DNA from: Hamiltosporidium tvaerminnensis FI-OER-3-3
Taxonomy: Eukaryota; Fungi; Microsporidia
Assembly: GCA_022605425.2 (NCBI GenBank)
Contig: CM061256.1
Span: forward strand, 496,001-560,000
Direction: 5' to 3'
DNA length: 64,000 bases
Below are positions 23,101-33,895 of the stretch, piece by piece (the stretch's first letter is position 1; each line of letters starts with the position of its first letter). The position numbers were made by a program, and so were the translations under genes. A model generated the notes under the pieces. It was not told the origin of the DNA, ran no database searches, and saw nothing but the letters and a program-made list of their open reading frames with translations.

Positions 23101-23935
23101 CGTCATAGCATACCTGCGCAGCTTGCATGATATACGCGGCTTCCGTAATTGACTCAGGTACATGAGCTCCTGCATATTCACCGACTACTCGATTAATGAG
23201 ATCCAGAACTTTACTATCAACCAATTCATTTGGATGTTTTCTAGTTCGGACCACCACTTTTCCAATTTCGTTCTCAGAGATTTCTTTGATTTTACTCAAG
23301 AATTTATCTCTCAGGTTTATGTACTCCGTGGTGTCGGTCAAGGTGCATGTATCAGCGAGACAAGTGGCGATTCTACGTCGCTCTCCATTCTCTTCTGATT
23401 TTACATCCTTTCCCATCTCACTTTGTGCCAATTTTTTTAACACTTCGAGAGTTTCAGTGCAGCCGAATTTCTCATTATAGTACCTGTGAAGCTCTGTCCA
23501 GCCATTTCTTGGCATTCTTTCAAACCTTGTCTGTACTGCAAAAAAAACAATTCGAGGCCATTCCTTCGGGTCGGCTGTTACGGAATCGAATATCGTCCGC
23601 AATGCCATTAGCCTGTTACCTTCTGGAATAGCTAGAGTACAGGGGCTTGTCATGTCGTACGATGGCTCGCACGCAGAGACTTCAACCGAAGAGGGAACTG
23701 GTGCATTAGGCGAAGGTAAGGTGTCAAGCCCACTATTTTGCATTTTACTGCATGTTTGGCTTGGTGGTGGAGGTGTTATTGTTGTGTAGGAGGAGGAAGG
23801 TAGGGGAATCGCCGGTGGGTGTAGCTTACATTTTTGTATCTCACTATCACTCTTTTTCACCTCATCAGCGTCGTTTGCAGCCTTTATTTTGGTATTATTC
23901 GATATTTCGCTGCTAACATTTTTCTTTCTACCCAT
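20133..23935 (-). mobile_element. Intact RLE-type non-LTR retrotransposon (R4/Dong-like) with candidate 14-bp TSD
   Basis: Single RT plus restriction-like endonuclease ORF. AAAAATAGAAATTA flanks it at 20119-20132 and 23936-23949. Similarity to the other copy ends at about 20135. Confidence 0.88.
20174..23935 (-). CDS. Reverse transcriptase with CCHC knuckle and PD-(D/E)XK endonuclease, 1253 aa
   Basis: RT motifs KAAGIDGI, YRPITC, WIDVKKAYDS, GILQGDSLSPLLF, FIDDL and YKYLG; CQHC-x8-H-x4-C knuckle; RHN; RPDI...IEVG; KLRKY. Confidence 0.96.
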   Translation of the reverse strand: MGRKKNVSSEISNNTKIKAANDADEVKKSDSEIQKCKLHPPAIPLPSSSYTTITPPPPSQTCSKMQNSGLDTLPSPNAPVPSSVEVSACEPSYDMTSPCTLAIPEGNRLMALRTIFDSVTADPKEWPRIVFFAVQTRFERMPRNGWTELHRYYNEKFGCTETLEVLKKLAQSEMGKDVKSEENGERRRIATCLADTCTLTDTTEYINLRDKFLSKIKEISENEIGKVVVRTRKHPNELVDSKVLDLINRVVGEYAGAHVPESITEAAYIMQAAQVCYDEATRKEKPRSAWKENIESKISKLVLSKDLLEKARKQEKLSTSETKSLKKIMREFNLNLSSVTDLSEALVKKNESLNVYEKKITMHESRKQFRKENRMFELFRGRFYRGLSERVEIEHVVSRDEIVSFWSTMWNKNDDTVTYDDYLIPFVSDNHPTTFPSLDEFVNIINWLPNWKAAGIDGIYNFFIKKLTTLHKYLYDIVKVICLEGTPQADWFYCGLTYLIPKGIPRRGSDYRPITCMSNLYKLTTKCVTKVVQLEVERRGLLAENQLGAVRGVQGAKEQALLNIALNKEYGNNLKATWIDVKKAYDSIDHAYLTQCIENLNLPDWILKFIKVIISKWKIDISVGPEKIMSKKIDRGILQGDSLSPLLFVLCMDPLSRKLNEKYTKVTVQTDAESHSTNHLLFIDDLKLLAKDSSTLSAMTGEAKEFLEVIGLEINKEKSATNDTCCEDTATLLEGVSVYKYLGIIEDSRGIPTRSSFEEVQSKLISRVERLCHTRLNAKNLFSAINQHAISLINYHIGVLRLEPADFSKLDDAVRAVLVKNKIHLRPGCKERLYLPRTELGRGLHSVELRSEHMLLQLLDCLEKSKEISTRRAAILKVENNNKTHLALIKGFLKVKYRLVEEVTKKSLEEAQLAKLYNEIEKRKLHSKLYNARKNELVSVSDSSRWLKRGNIRPRNEAVFCYIQDRNVFWGADGVCQHCGKSGKTVDHLATRCEKMLGHDYTRRHNEVVRCLHLLLLNRYKFKSSKRIRSHSVQEILDNEYAEIRVDTRIKTDVKIRNNRPDIFILDKKKNKITLIEVGITSQDSLQIVETEKLRKYDLLANELGLIYKCSVEIIPYVMTWDGIVTKYHKSHLKRLEIPMNVEAYIQSIVLKKTVETISFDRRRGLESGLNAEESWERASMGVIMRSEMHEEPIPPLKEAKREEDGVKILKPKNNTPLISQGGTTLEEPTNNINEESDLEEETIVVKEVEENI

Positions 23936-24194
23936 AAAAATAGAAATTAAAATATTAAATTGAAATATTAAATTAAATAATTTAAAAAAAATAGAAATTA
24001 AAATATTAAATTAATTATAAAATGTATTTTTTCTTATAATTGACATTAAGCTATAATGAATTAAAATAATAAATTAAAATATTAAAGATTAAGATAGTTT
24101 ATAGGAATTGTATTTAATTTGGGAAATAACGTGTAAGCTACTAGGAGATACCTGTTACCAGTAAATACATTAAGAGTTTAAAGAAATATAGTAA

Positions 24195-25300
24195 TAAGGT
24201 ATTAAAACCCTTTAAATAGTAGAATTTATAATAAAGGTATTAGAACCCTTTAAATAGTAGAATTTAAAATAAAGGTATTAGAACCCTTATAACACTATAA
24301 TTTATAATAAAAGTATTAAAACCCTTTAAACAGCAGAATTTATAATAAAAGTATTAAAACCCTTTAAATAGTAGAATTTAGAATAAAGGTATTAACACCC
24401 TTTAAACAGAGGAGTATGAATTCAATTATAACCCTTTATTTTCTTATAAAATAAATATTTCTTTTTCGATTTAATTTTCTTTTTATCAAAATTACCTTTA
24501 AATTAACACTGTTAAATAGTATTCTGTATAAAGGGGTGTTAAGAATAAGAATTAGTATTCTAGTCAAGTAAAGGGTGTTAATTACTCTATATTAGTATTC
24601 TATATAAAGGGGTGTTAATTTCATATATATTATTATTCAAGTTAAGTAAAGGGTGTTAATTGAACTATATTATTATTCTGCATAAAGGGGTGTTAAGAAT
24701 AAGAATTATTATTCTAGTTAAGTAAAGGGTGTTAATTACTATATATTTTTTTATGTATAAAGGGGTGTTAAGAATAAGAATTACTACTCTAATAAAGTAA
24801 AGGGGTGTTAACTAACTATAAATTATTATTCTATATAAAGGGGTGTTAATTTCATATATATTATTATTCAAGTTAAGTAAAGGGTGTTAATTACTATATA
24901 TTTTTTTATGTATAAAGGGTGTTAATTACATATATATTATTAACACCCTTTAGTTAACTATCTTAACATTATCACTTTTTAACAAATAAAATTTACTATA
25001 AAATATTTAATAAGATAATCTAACACCCTTTTATATTACTACTATATACTAAAACCCCATTATATTACTATCCTATCATTAACACCCTTTTATATTACTA
25101 CCATTATCAATAACACCCTTTAAATAAAGATCGTATCCTTAACACCCTTTAAATAACTATCCTATGATTAATACGTCTTTAAAAATCTATACATCCCTTA
25201 ACACCCCTTTAAATAACTATCCTATGATTAACACCCCTTTATTCACAACCACATTCATTAACACCCCTTTATTCACAACCCACAGTAAATAACACCCTTT
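24195..25300. repeat. Intergenic GGGTGTT/AACACCC arrays: C-arm 24195-24435, G-arm 24528-24926, C-arm 24939-25300
   Basis: Motif recurs every ~30-45 bp. The G-to-C switch is a perfect 14-bp inverted repeat (24913-24926 / 24939-24952). Confidence 0.88.
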
Positions 25301-25301
25301 A

Positions 25302-28300
25302 CTACTCATACATCCTTTTATATACACATTCTACATAAACCTTTAACAACCCATTAATATTAAAGTCATACACACTGCTACCATAACACCCTATAATCTC
25401 TTCTAAATGTAATTGAACTACTCTTAAAGCCACAACATCATCTTTAAACAGTCTTAACACACCTTTCTCATAAAACTCTTCTAACACCTTTAAAACACCT
25501 TGTGTTTTAACCCTACTAGTTAAATAACCCTTAGCTTTAGAATTACGCCATATAAGTTTTAAAACAACCTCATTATAACCAATACGCTTAACATTAACAG
25601 GGTGTTGTTTATCAGGTGTGGTATTAAGAGGGTGTTGTTTAAGAGGTGTATTGTTAACAGGGTGTTGTTTATCAGGTATATTGTTAAAGGGGTGTTGTTT
25701 ATTGAGTGTATCGTTAACAGGGTGTTGTTTATCAGGTATATTGTTAAAGGGGTGTTGTTTATTGAGTGTATCGTTAACAGGGTGTTGATTACTACTGTCA
25801 CTAACACCCTTTATACTACTACCTATATAATTATCACCCTTTATACTACTACCTATATAATTATCACCCTTTATACTACTACCTATATAATTATCACCCT
25901 TTATACTACTACCTATATAATTAACACCCTTTATACTACCTCTATCACCCTTTATACTACTACTCCCACTAAGCATACTAAGATAAACCCTAAGAATAAC
26001 ATCACATTCACAAAGAAGACATAAATTAATAAGAATATCAACAATAACAGTACATCCTTCACTTATATAACCAATAAGATCCAAATGTATAGATTTAAGT
26101 GTATCTAAACTTAAATATGAAGAAAAGAAAGAATTCTTAGTTAATTTAAAGAGTGTCTGTAAAATATAAATACAATATTCTTTGTTATTTTCTTTTTTCT
26201 TATTTCTTCTAAATTCATTTAATTGTATTAAAATTGAAGATACTATTGAATTACAGGAGAATAGAAGACAAGATATGTTATTGTCTATTATAGTGTTAAG
26301 AGATTTAAAAGCATTTATACTACTTTCTGTGTTACTGTCTATAAGACGTGTTAATATGTTTTGTAAGTCAGATCTACTTGTAAAGGGTTGTGACTTAAGA
26401 CCCTCTTCAAATTCCTTTCTAAACTTGTCTAAGACAGTATATTTAAAGGGGGTAGTGTTAGCAGTAGGGGTATATGGGGAGTGTGAGTAAGAGGGGGTGT
26501 TAGTGTTAGTACTAGTAGGGGTATAGGGGGTGTTATCTATAGGAGTAGTACTAGTAGGGTTATATGGGGTGTGTGGGTAAGAGGGGGTGTTAGTACTAGT
26601 AGGGGTATATGGGGTGTTAATATACATATTACTGTCTTTATCACTAACACCCTCTAATCTACTGTTCCTGATACTAAAACCCTCTAATTTACTATCCTTA
26701 TAGCTACTATCCTTATAATTATCACCCTCTAATCTACTATCCTTATAATTATCACCCTCTAATTTACTATCCTTGTAATTATCACCCTCTAATCTACTAT
26801 CCTTGTAATTATCACCCTCTAATTTACTATCCTTGTAATTATCACCCTCTAATTTACTATCCTTGTAATTATCACCCTCTAATTTACTATCCTTGTAATT
26901 ATCACCCTCTAATCTACTATCCTTGTAATTATCACTCTTTATATTTAACAGACTAAATGACTTATCAATAACCTTAGAACCAGATGAACTACTATAACAA
27001 TCATTTTCCCTGTTATTTATTTCTATATTTTTATCTATTTTAAAACCCTCTACTTTCTTTATATTATCAGATATAACATTATATTCTCTGGTTCTCTTAT
27101 TTAAAGGTGACATACCATATATAACACCCTGTTGATTAGAAGAGTTGTTATTAAAGGGGTGTTGTTCATATGTATTGATATTAAAGGAGTGTTGTATATC
27201 GTTACTGTTACTAACACCCTGTTGTATGTCTATACCATTACTAACACCCTTATAATCATCTATAGTATTACTAACACCCTTATAATCATAAGTATTATTG
27301 ATAACACCCTTATAATCATCTATCTCCTTACTAACACCCTTATAATCATCTATCTCCTTACTAACACCCTTATAATCATCTATCTCCTTACTAACACCCT
27401 TATAATCATCTATCTCCTTACTAACACCCTTATAATCATCTATCTCCTTACTAACACCCTCTAATCTACTATCCATACTTTTTATATCCTTTATATCACC
27501 TTTACTACTCATTAACCTATCCACCTCATTACTAACACCCCCCTCATATTTACTTACATCCCCTTTAAATATCCCATGTAAAGATACAAGTCTACCCACT
27601 TCATTACTAACACCCCCCTCATATTTACTTACATCCCCTTTAAATATCCCATGTAAAGATACAAGTCTACCCACTTCATTACTAACACCTACCCTATCAA
27701 TATCAACAACCCTTTCATATTCCAAAAACAACTTAGAAATAGGAAATACCTTATCCAACATCTTAAGAAGAATATATTCTTTCTTAAATAAAATATACTT
27801 AATTAACACCCTTACTTCTTCTTGTTGTAATATATAACACTTTTCTATAAAATAAAGTAAAAGTGGTTTTATATAATTTAGAAGGTCATTATTAATTAAA
27901 AATAAAATTATAAAATCACTTACTAATGTCTTATCTAATGTATCAAATAAAGAAAGTATATTTTCTATTTCTTCTTTAGTATTAACACTCTTTAATTTAC
28001 TTATAAATTCTTCTGTAAAATATTCTTCTATTTCTTGACCGTTCTTTACTTTTCTATTTGAAATGCTTTTTTTAAGGATTTTATTGGTAGAAGAAGAGAG
28101 TCTTCTTTTAAGTGTAGTGTTAAGAGGGGGTGTTATATGGTTAGTGGATAAAGGGGTGTTATTTATAGCGTTAGTGAGTGGGATGTTAGTATGATGGTTA
28201 TTGGTTAACGGGGTGTTAGTATGATGGTTATTGGTTAACGGGGTGTTAGTATTAGTACTTATATTTAAAGGGGTGTTATTAGCAGGTATAATATCAATAG

Positions 28301-30080
28301 GTACTAACACCTCTTTACTTCTTATTATTTTACCTTTATCCTTACTAATATCTTTAACACCCTTTATATCCTTTATACTACTACCCTTATTACTAAAACC
28401 CCCTTTATTACCATTACTATCTTTAACACCCTTTATATCCTTTATACTACTACCGATATTACTAACACCCTTTATATCCTCTATCATATTATTATCATTA
28501 ACACCCACTTTACTCCCCTCTACCTTAAATACCTCTCTAATCCTTGTTATTTTACTTTTATCTTTATTAACAAGAAATTCATTAACCTTCTCCTCATTAA
28601 ACACCATAACACTACCAATACACTTAAAAGCTTTATTTCTAACATCTTCAGATGCATCAAAAGTACATTCATATATATATCTAAGACACTCACTACTAAA
28701 CATATCCTTTCTTCTTCTACTTAACCCTATTATATACTCTAACACTCCACTCTTCACATTACAGTTTTTAGTATCTAAAATTTCTATAATTTCACTTTCT
28801 TCTGCTTCTGCTCTCTCCAACACTAAATTTATTTTATGCGATAAATTATTTTTTTTATCTTTAAATCGGTCGCATAAATTTAAAAAAAAATCTTTTCTGG
28901 ATTGGAAGTCTCTTTTTTCTAAAAGAAGTAAAGTGTCTAACACTGTTAATAGTACTTGTATGTTTATGTCACTTACCATCTTACTTAACACTCCTACTAC
29001 TTTACCTTCGTTAACACCTCCACTCTTTAAATACTTATAAATCTCTTCAACACCCATTTTTCTTTCTTTCCAATCCATACTCTTTACCATATCATAACAC
29101 CCCTCATCTAACTTAACAGGGTGTTGTTTATTAGGTGTGATATTAAAGGGGTGTTGTTTATTAGGTGTCTCAGTAACAGGGTGTTGTTGTGGTATATTGT
29201 TATTAAGAGGGTGATAAGTATCAGTACTGTTATTAAAGGGGTGATAAGTATCAGCACTGTTATTAACAGGGTGTTGTTTATCTATACTGTTACTAACACC
29301 CTGTTGTTTATATATACTATGACTAATAGGGTGTTGTTCATGAGTACTATTACTAACACCCTGTTGTTCATGAGTACTATAACTAACACCCTGTTGTTTA
29401 TCTATACTATTACTAACACCCTGTTGCTTACTAGCACAGTCACTAACACCCTCTAACTTACTAACACCCTCACTACCCTCTATCTTACTCATTTCTCTAA
29501 TTTTTAAAAATTCTTCTTCTAAATTCTTTAAAATAATAGGTTTTACTCCTTTTATATAAATTAACACCCTTTCTTTATAAGTCTTATAAATCTCTATAAT
29601 TAACACCATAGCTTCTTTTCTAACACTACTATCACTATGTTGTAACAAATTACTTAAATTAACACCCTCTACATTATAAATAACCCCATACTGTTTAGTA
29701 ACATCTTTAATTAGAACAATAACACTACAAACCAATTTAGGATTTTTATTTTCTAAAAAAATAAATAAATCAAATAACACTTCTTTACTAAGATTATTCA
29801 AAATATAAAAAAAAATTTCTAAAATTTTACTTTTTAAAGAAACTTTGGAAGTACAAAGATTACAAAATAAAGGTACAATATGAGGATATAAATATGATGG
29901 TTTGTAAATAAGAAGAATTGATACTCCTGCTTCTAGTACAGGTAATGTTGTTTCTTTGGTTAAAGTTTTTATTATTTCTGGTGATATTTCGTGGGGTTGG
30001 AGTGATTGGTATGTTTGGAGACGTATCTTCCAGTCAGTTGATTTTATGTTTTTAAGTGTGGGTGAATCTGCTTCTGTCAT
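25302..30080 (-). CDS. STU2: Stu2/XMAP215/Dis1-family TOG-domain microtubule polymerase with five repeat-derived insertions
   Basis: TOG HEAT-A motifs STDWKIRLQTY and SMDWKERKMG, plus NKNPKLV, HSDSSVRKEA, DINIQV, DRFKDKK and DASEDVRNKA. Confidence 0.8.
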   Translation of the reverse strand: MTEADSPTLKNIKSTDWKIRLQTYQSLQPHEISPEIIKTLTKETTLPVLEAGVSILLIYKPSYLYPHIVPLFCNLCTSKVSLKSKILEIFFYILNNLSKEVLFDLFIFLENKNPKLVCSVIVLIKDVTKQYGVIYNVEGVNLSNLLQHSDSSVRKEAMVLIIEIYKTYKERVLIYIKGVKPIILKNLEEEFLKIREMSKIEGSEGVSKLEGVSDCASKQQGVSNSIDKQQGVSYSTHEQQGVSNSTHEQHPISHSIYKQQGVSNSIDKQHPVNNSADTYHPFNNSTDTYHPLNNNIPQQHPVTETPNKQHPFNITPNKQHPVKLDEGCYDMVKSMDWKERKMGVEEIYKYLKSGGVNEGKVVGVLSKMVSDINIQVLLTVLDTLLLLEKRDFQSRKDFFLNLCDRFKDKKNNLSHKINLVLERAEAEESEIIEILDTKNCNVKSGVLEYIIGLSRRRKDMFSSECLRYIYECTFDASEDVRNKAFKCIGSVMVFNEEKVNEFLVNKDKSKITRIREVFKVEGSKVGVNDNNMIEDIKGVSNIGSSIKDIKGVKDSNGNKGGFSNKGSSIKDIKGVKDISKDKGKIIRSKEVLVPIDIIPANNTPLNISTNTNTPLTNNHHTNTPLTNNHHTNIPLTNAINNTPLSTNHITPPLNTTLKRRLSSSTNKILKKSISNRKVKNGQEIEEYFTEEFISKLKSVNTKEEIENILSLFDTLDKTLVSDFIILFLINNDLLNYIKPLLLYFIEKCYILQQEEVRVLIKYILFKKEYILLKMLDKVFPISKLFLEYERVVDIDRVGVSNEVGRLVSLHGIFKGDVSKYEGGVSNEVGRLVSLHGIFKGDVSKYEGGVSNEVDRLMSSKGDIKDIKSMDSRLEGVSKEIDDYKGVSKEIDDYKGVSKEIDDYKGVSKEIDDYKGVSKEIDDYKGVINNTYDYKGVSNTIDDYKGVSNGIDIQQGVSNSNDIQHSFNINTYEQHPFNNNSSNQQGVIYGMSPLNKRTREYNVISDNIKKVEGFKIDKNIEINNRENDCYSSSSGSKVIDKSFSLLNIKSDNYKDSRLEGDNYKDSKLEGDNYKDSKLEGDNYKDSKLEGDNYKDSRLEGDNYKDSKLEGDNYKDSRLEGDNYKDSSYKDSKLEGFSIRNSRLEGVSDKDSNMYINTPYTPTSTNTPSYPHTPYNPTSTTPIDNTPYTPTSTNTNTPSYSHSPYTPTANTTPFKYTVLDKFRKEFEEGLKSQPFTSRSDLQNILTRLIDSNTESSINAFKSLNTIIDNNISCLLFSCNSIVSSILIQLNEFRRNKKKENNKEYCIYILQTLFKLTKNSFFSSYLSLDTLKSIHLDLIGYISEGCTVIVDILINLCLLCECDVILRVYLSMLSGSSSIKGDRGSIKGVNYIGSSIKGDNYIGSSIKGDNYIGSSIKGDNYIGSSIKGVSDSSNQHPVNDTLNKQHPFNNIPDKQHPVNDTLNKQHPFNNIPDKQHPVNNTPLKQHPLNTTPDKQHPVNVKRIGYNEVVLKLIWRNSKAKGYLTSRVKTQGVLKVLEEFYEKGVLRLFKDDVVALRVVQLHLEEIIGCYGSSVYDFNINGLLKVYVECVYKRMYE

Positions 30081-30119
30081 AATTTTTAGGGTTAAAGTGA
30101 TTTTTATAAATTAGTTTGA

Positions 30120-30490
30120 GGGGTATGGAAATATAGGGGTGTTAAATATACGGCATGTGATAAGGTGTTAAATAAAGGTAGTAGTAGTATAACAGGGTGT
30201 TAGATAAAGGTAGTAGTAGTATAATAGGGTGTTAGATATAAGAGTATAAGGAGGGGTGTTAAATATAAGGATATGTGATAAGGTGTTAAATAAAGGTAGT
30301 AGTAGTATAATAGGGTGTTAAATATAAGGATATGTGATAAGGTGTTAAATAAAGGTAGTAGTAGTATAATAGGGTGTTAAATATAAGGATATGTGATAAG
30401 GTATTATTAGATAAAGGTAGTAGTATAATAGGGTGTTAGATATAAGAGTATAATTGTGTAGATAAAAGTATTTAGTATAAGGGTGTTAAA
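30120..30490. repeat. G-rich (GGGTGTTA) arm upstream of STU2 (C-rich on the STU2 sense strand)
   Basis: Units AGGTAGTAGTAGTATAATAGGGTGTTAAATATAAGGATATGTGATAAGGTGTTAAATAA repeated. Confidence 0.88.
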
Positions 30491-30718
30491 TAAAAGTAAT
30501 TATTATAGGGCACTGGATACGAACAGATGACCCATACAAAATATTATTGGTAATATGAATAATCTTAAAACATATATAAGATTTATTGTCATTGCTACTT
30601 GGAAGTGATCTACCAGTACATGTAGGCTATATCAAGATTATTTTTTATAAGTGTTGTATTTAAGATATACTAACGTATATCATTGAATCAATTACTAACA
30701 ATTTTAAAGTTATAACAG

Positions 30719-30898
30719 GAAATGGTTTTGAAATGAAATTCTTATTCAGACTTTTGGTTTCTGATTTGTCACTGGTTTTTCTTACTTGGATCTTAGATTT
30801 AATTTTACTGGAAATGGTTTTAAAATGAAATTCTTATTCAGACTTTTGGTTTCTGATTTGTCACTGGTTTTTCTTACTTAGATCTTAGATTTAATTTT
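30719..30898. repeat. Tandem duplication, 91-bp period, 2 copies
   Basis: GGAAATGGTTTT.AAATGAAATTCTTATTCAGACTTTTGG at 30719 and 30810. Confidence 0.9.
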
Positions 30899-33529
30899 TT
30901 AAGAGTTTCTAATTTACTTAAAATAATCTGATATTAGAAAATATAAATATTGTCTTCTTAAAGAGTTTAAGATGTTTATGTAAATCACTGTTAACTGTAT
31001 TGAATTATATTTCTATATATTATTTATTTTTCAGTTATATTTTACAATATATTTGTTATAAATACACTTAATATGGAAATTTAAAATTTAAAACGGAAAT
31101 TTTTAGAAACAGTAAGCAGAATATTTTATATTTGTTGATGGAAATATAAAGAAAAGATTTTAAGAAACTAAGAAATATGTATTTTTTCTTCTACTGAGAC
31201 ATTAATGTATAAAACTTTATCAGTAAAACAATATTTTGAAATGAATTATAAAGCATTCATTGAAAAAACAGGAAAGATTATAAAAACCTTATTTTTAAGT
31301 ATAAAATAATAGAAATACGAAATTCCTATTCAAATCTATGAAAAAGTTTTGTAAATTAAATTTATGGTTGATTTCTTTTGTCTTTAAATTTTTTGAAAAA
31401 ATATAGAAAACTATTTGGTGTAAATGAATGTATAAATGAAATAAGGTTAGAATGTGTTCAGTTTTATTGGATGATTATTAAATCGATATAAAGATTATAT
31501 CTCGGCGAAATAAATAGATTTTGGGTGAAGAAAGAACAAATGTAGAATATTAAATGTTGTAAGAATAGAGGTCACTGACGAAAAATAGATTTAATATTTT
31601 CTAAAATATTTGCTATCTGTTTTAAGGGGATTACTGATATGGCCAGATAAGCTCTTTTTAGGTTTATTCTCGTTACTGCATTAAAAATAATATTAAAAGA
31701 AAGATGATTAGTTAAGTATAATCGGTTATGATCATGAGAAGGATAGATTATTTGCATGTGATTGTACATGTATTTGATTAAAATAAAATTATATTAAAAA
31801 ATCGATTTCGCAACCACTGAAAAGACTCACGGTGAAAATAAGATCAAAGGTTTGTTTATTTGTTTCCTACCGCATTGTGAATTCTGTTATAGAGTTTCAT
31901 TGAATAAAAAATACATAATTTGTATGTAAAACGTCGTTTTTTAATTTATTTAAGGTATTATGGTTTTTTAAGAATTAAGCTGATTTCATATTACCATGCA
32001 CTTCAGAAAGAATAACTTTTAGAATTAGTAACTGTGAGTTACCTGGTGAAATACCTCGATTGGGTACAAAAAAGTTTGACGGTTGACTCTTGCCAAGATT
32101 TTTAATATATTCATCGAGTTTTTAGTTTTAAATATGCTTTTATACAATCGTAAAATATTATTTAATTATGAGACCGATCTGAAGAGCGTAGAATCTCTTT
32201 TAATTTGTTTTTCCAACTATTTTTTGATTACAAACCTAATGAATTCAATTTTAAACAACATGGACATAACAAGACGTTGTTCTCGTGTCAGATTTAAGAA
32301 ATATTCGAAGTCAATGTAGATTTATCAAGAATATTTCTACACTTGAGTAATATTATAGAAATATGAAAAAAAACTTCTTAGATCTAGAATATAATGAGTA
32401 ATCTGATCAAGCTAAATCTTCAAAAATGTTAAGTAGTTTTTTTAGTAGTGTAAAACCAAATTTTTCTTATTTTTTAATCGATCCAAGAATAACAGAAACA
32501 TTTGAGTTTATGAGCGTAATATGCAAATAAACTTGATTTTGTGATTCTTTGGAAACTAAATTATAAAGATTCGGAAATTTAATCTATCACTTTCGCTTAA
32601 TTCCAATGAATACGAAAATAATCGATTTGAAAAATTACATAGAAGTAATTGAAATAATATGCGAATTTGTTTCGTAAGAATCGGGTTAATATTAAGAACC
32701 GATAATTACACCGCTGAACCTTTAATTGTTAATGGCTATTATTCAATCTCCTTTTCTAAATTATTGGGAGTCAATATATTTCTAACTTATTATATTATGA
32801 ACAGAAAAGGAAATGAAATGACCGATGATGTTATTTATATGTGTATCTATACTCATAAAGTGTTGTGGGTTCCAGAATGGATATAAAGATATTTCTAGTA
32901 TTATTTTGGTATGTCATGTGTCTTTACATGTTGTTTTCTTATAATCTACTTGTAAGTATAAGTATCATATTGCTGGTGTTTCATTTTTCAACACCTAGAA
33001 TTGTATAAAGAAATATTGAGACATAGTTTTCAAAAAGTCACAGATAAAGTACATAGATTTTTTTTCTAGCACTTTCTGTTCCGTGTATACCTTTGCTGTG
33101 TATTTACAATGTATTTACCGTTAGATCTTGTTTGGTGATATTCAAAGGTCCTACGCTTTTGAATGAAATAAATTATAATTTTTTTGTGCTTCTATTGGTA
33201 ATTCTTATTTAGAGCCTACGATACGCATTGATTAATAAATACTAGGAATTAGAAACCCTATAACTGTATTTTCGAAATAATTTGTCAAATATTTGATATA
33301 AAATTATATTATTCTTTCTTTGTGATAAGTTTTGTACAATTATATTAGTTGGTTCACCATCTGTAATTTTATTTTAATTCTTTAAATGTACAGTTAGAAG
33401 ATTTAAATAGTCCAGACAGTTTTTCTTCTATTAAAAACCTTCCGAGGCAGCCTCCACTTGATAAAAAAAATGTTGTAAATTTTTTGCGCGACAACATAAA
33501 GATTTCAACGCTTCTAAGATAGAATTGTA

Positions 33530-33895
33530 AATCCCTATCAACAACTATTATCTCTACTTAACGTCACCTTCGGTTTGATATCTACTTGTTTTTCTATACA
33601 CAAGCGCTAGGTCGTCTAAAACGAGTTAGAAAAGCATGGTTTTCTGTATTTACATGAAAATTACCTATTAAAGTTGTTAAAATTTTTTATCTGTTACATA
33701 AAAAACTACAAACCACTGTATAGAAAAAGTTTATCTAGTTTGTAGATCCTCTTTTATTTGTAAGAATTCTTTTAAACATTCGAAAATCTGGTGTAATTTA
33801 TATATTCCTTAACATTTAGCGAATATTTTGGGCTACATAACATTCTAATACTTTCCATGCAGATAAAAATAAGGTGTTTTTTTCACACCAGCAAT
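33530..33895. mobile_element. Old partial copy (C) of the ~690-bp element, same orientation as copy A
   Basis: 20-nt exact match GTTACATAAAAAACTACAAA (33693-33712 = 19876-19895), plus collinear GCGCTA, TCTAA..CGAGT, TTTACATG..AATTACCTA and TAGAAAAAG. Confidence 0.65.

Noticed and set aside
25559-29456. Antisense and alternate-frame ORFs within STU2 (also those over the RT, MFS, SRC1 and RLP24 genes)
   Set aside because: Shadow ORFs produced by repeats or codon bias, with no independent features.
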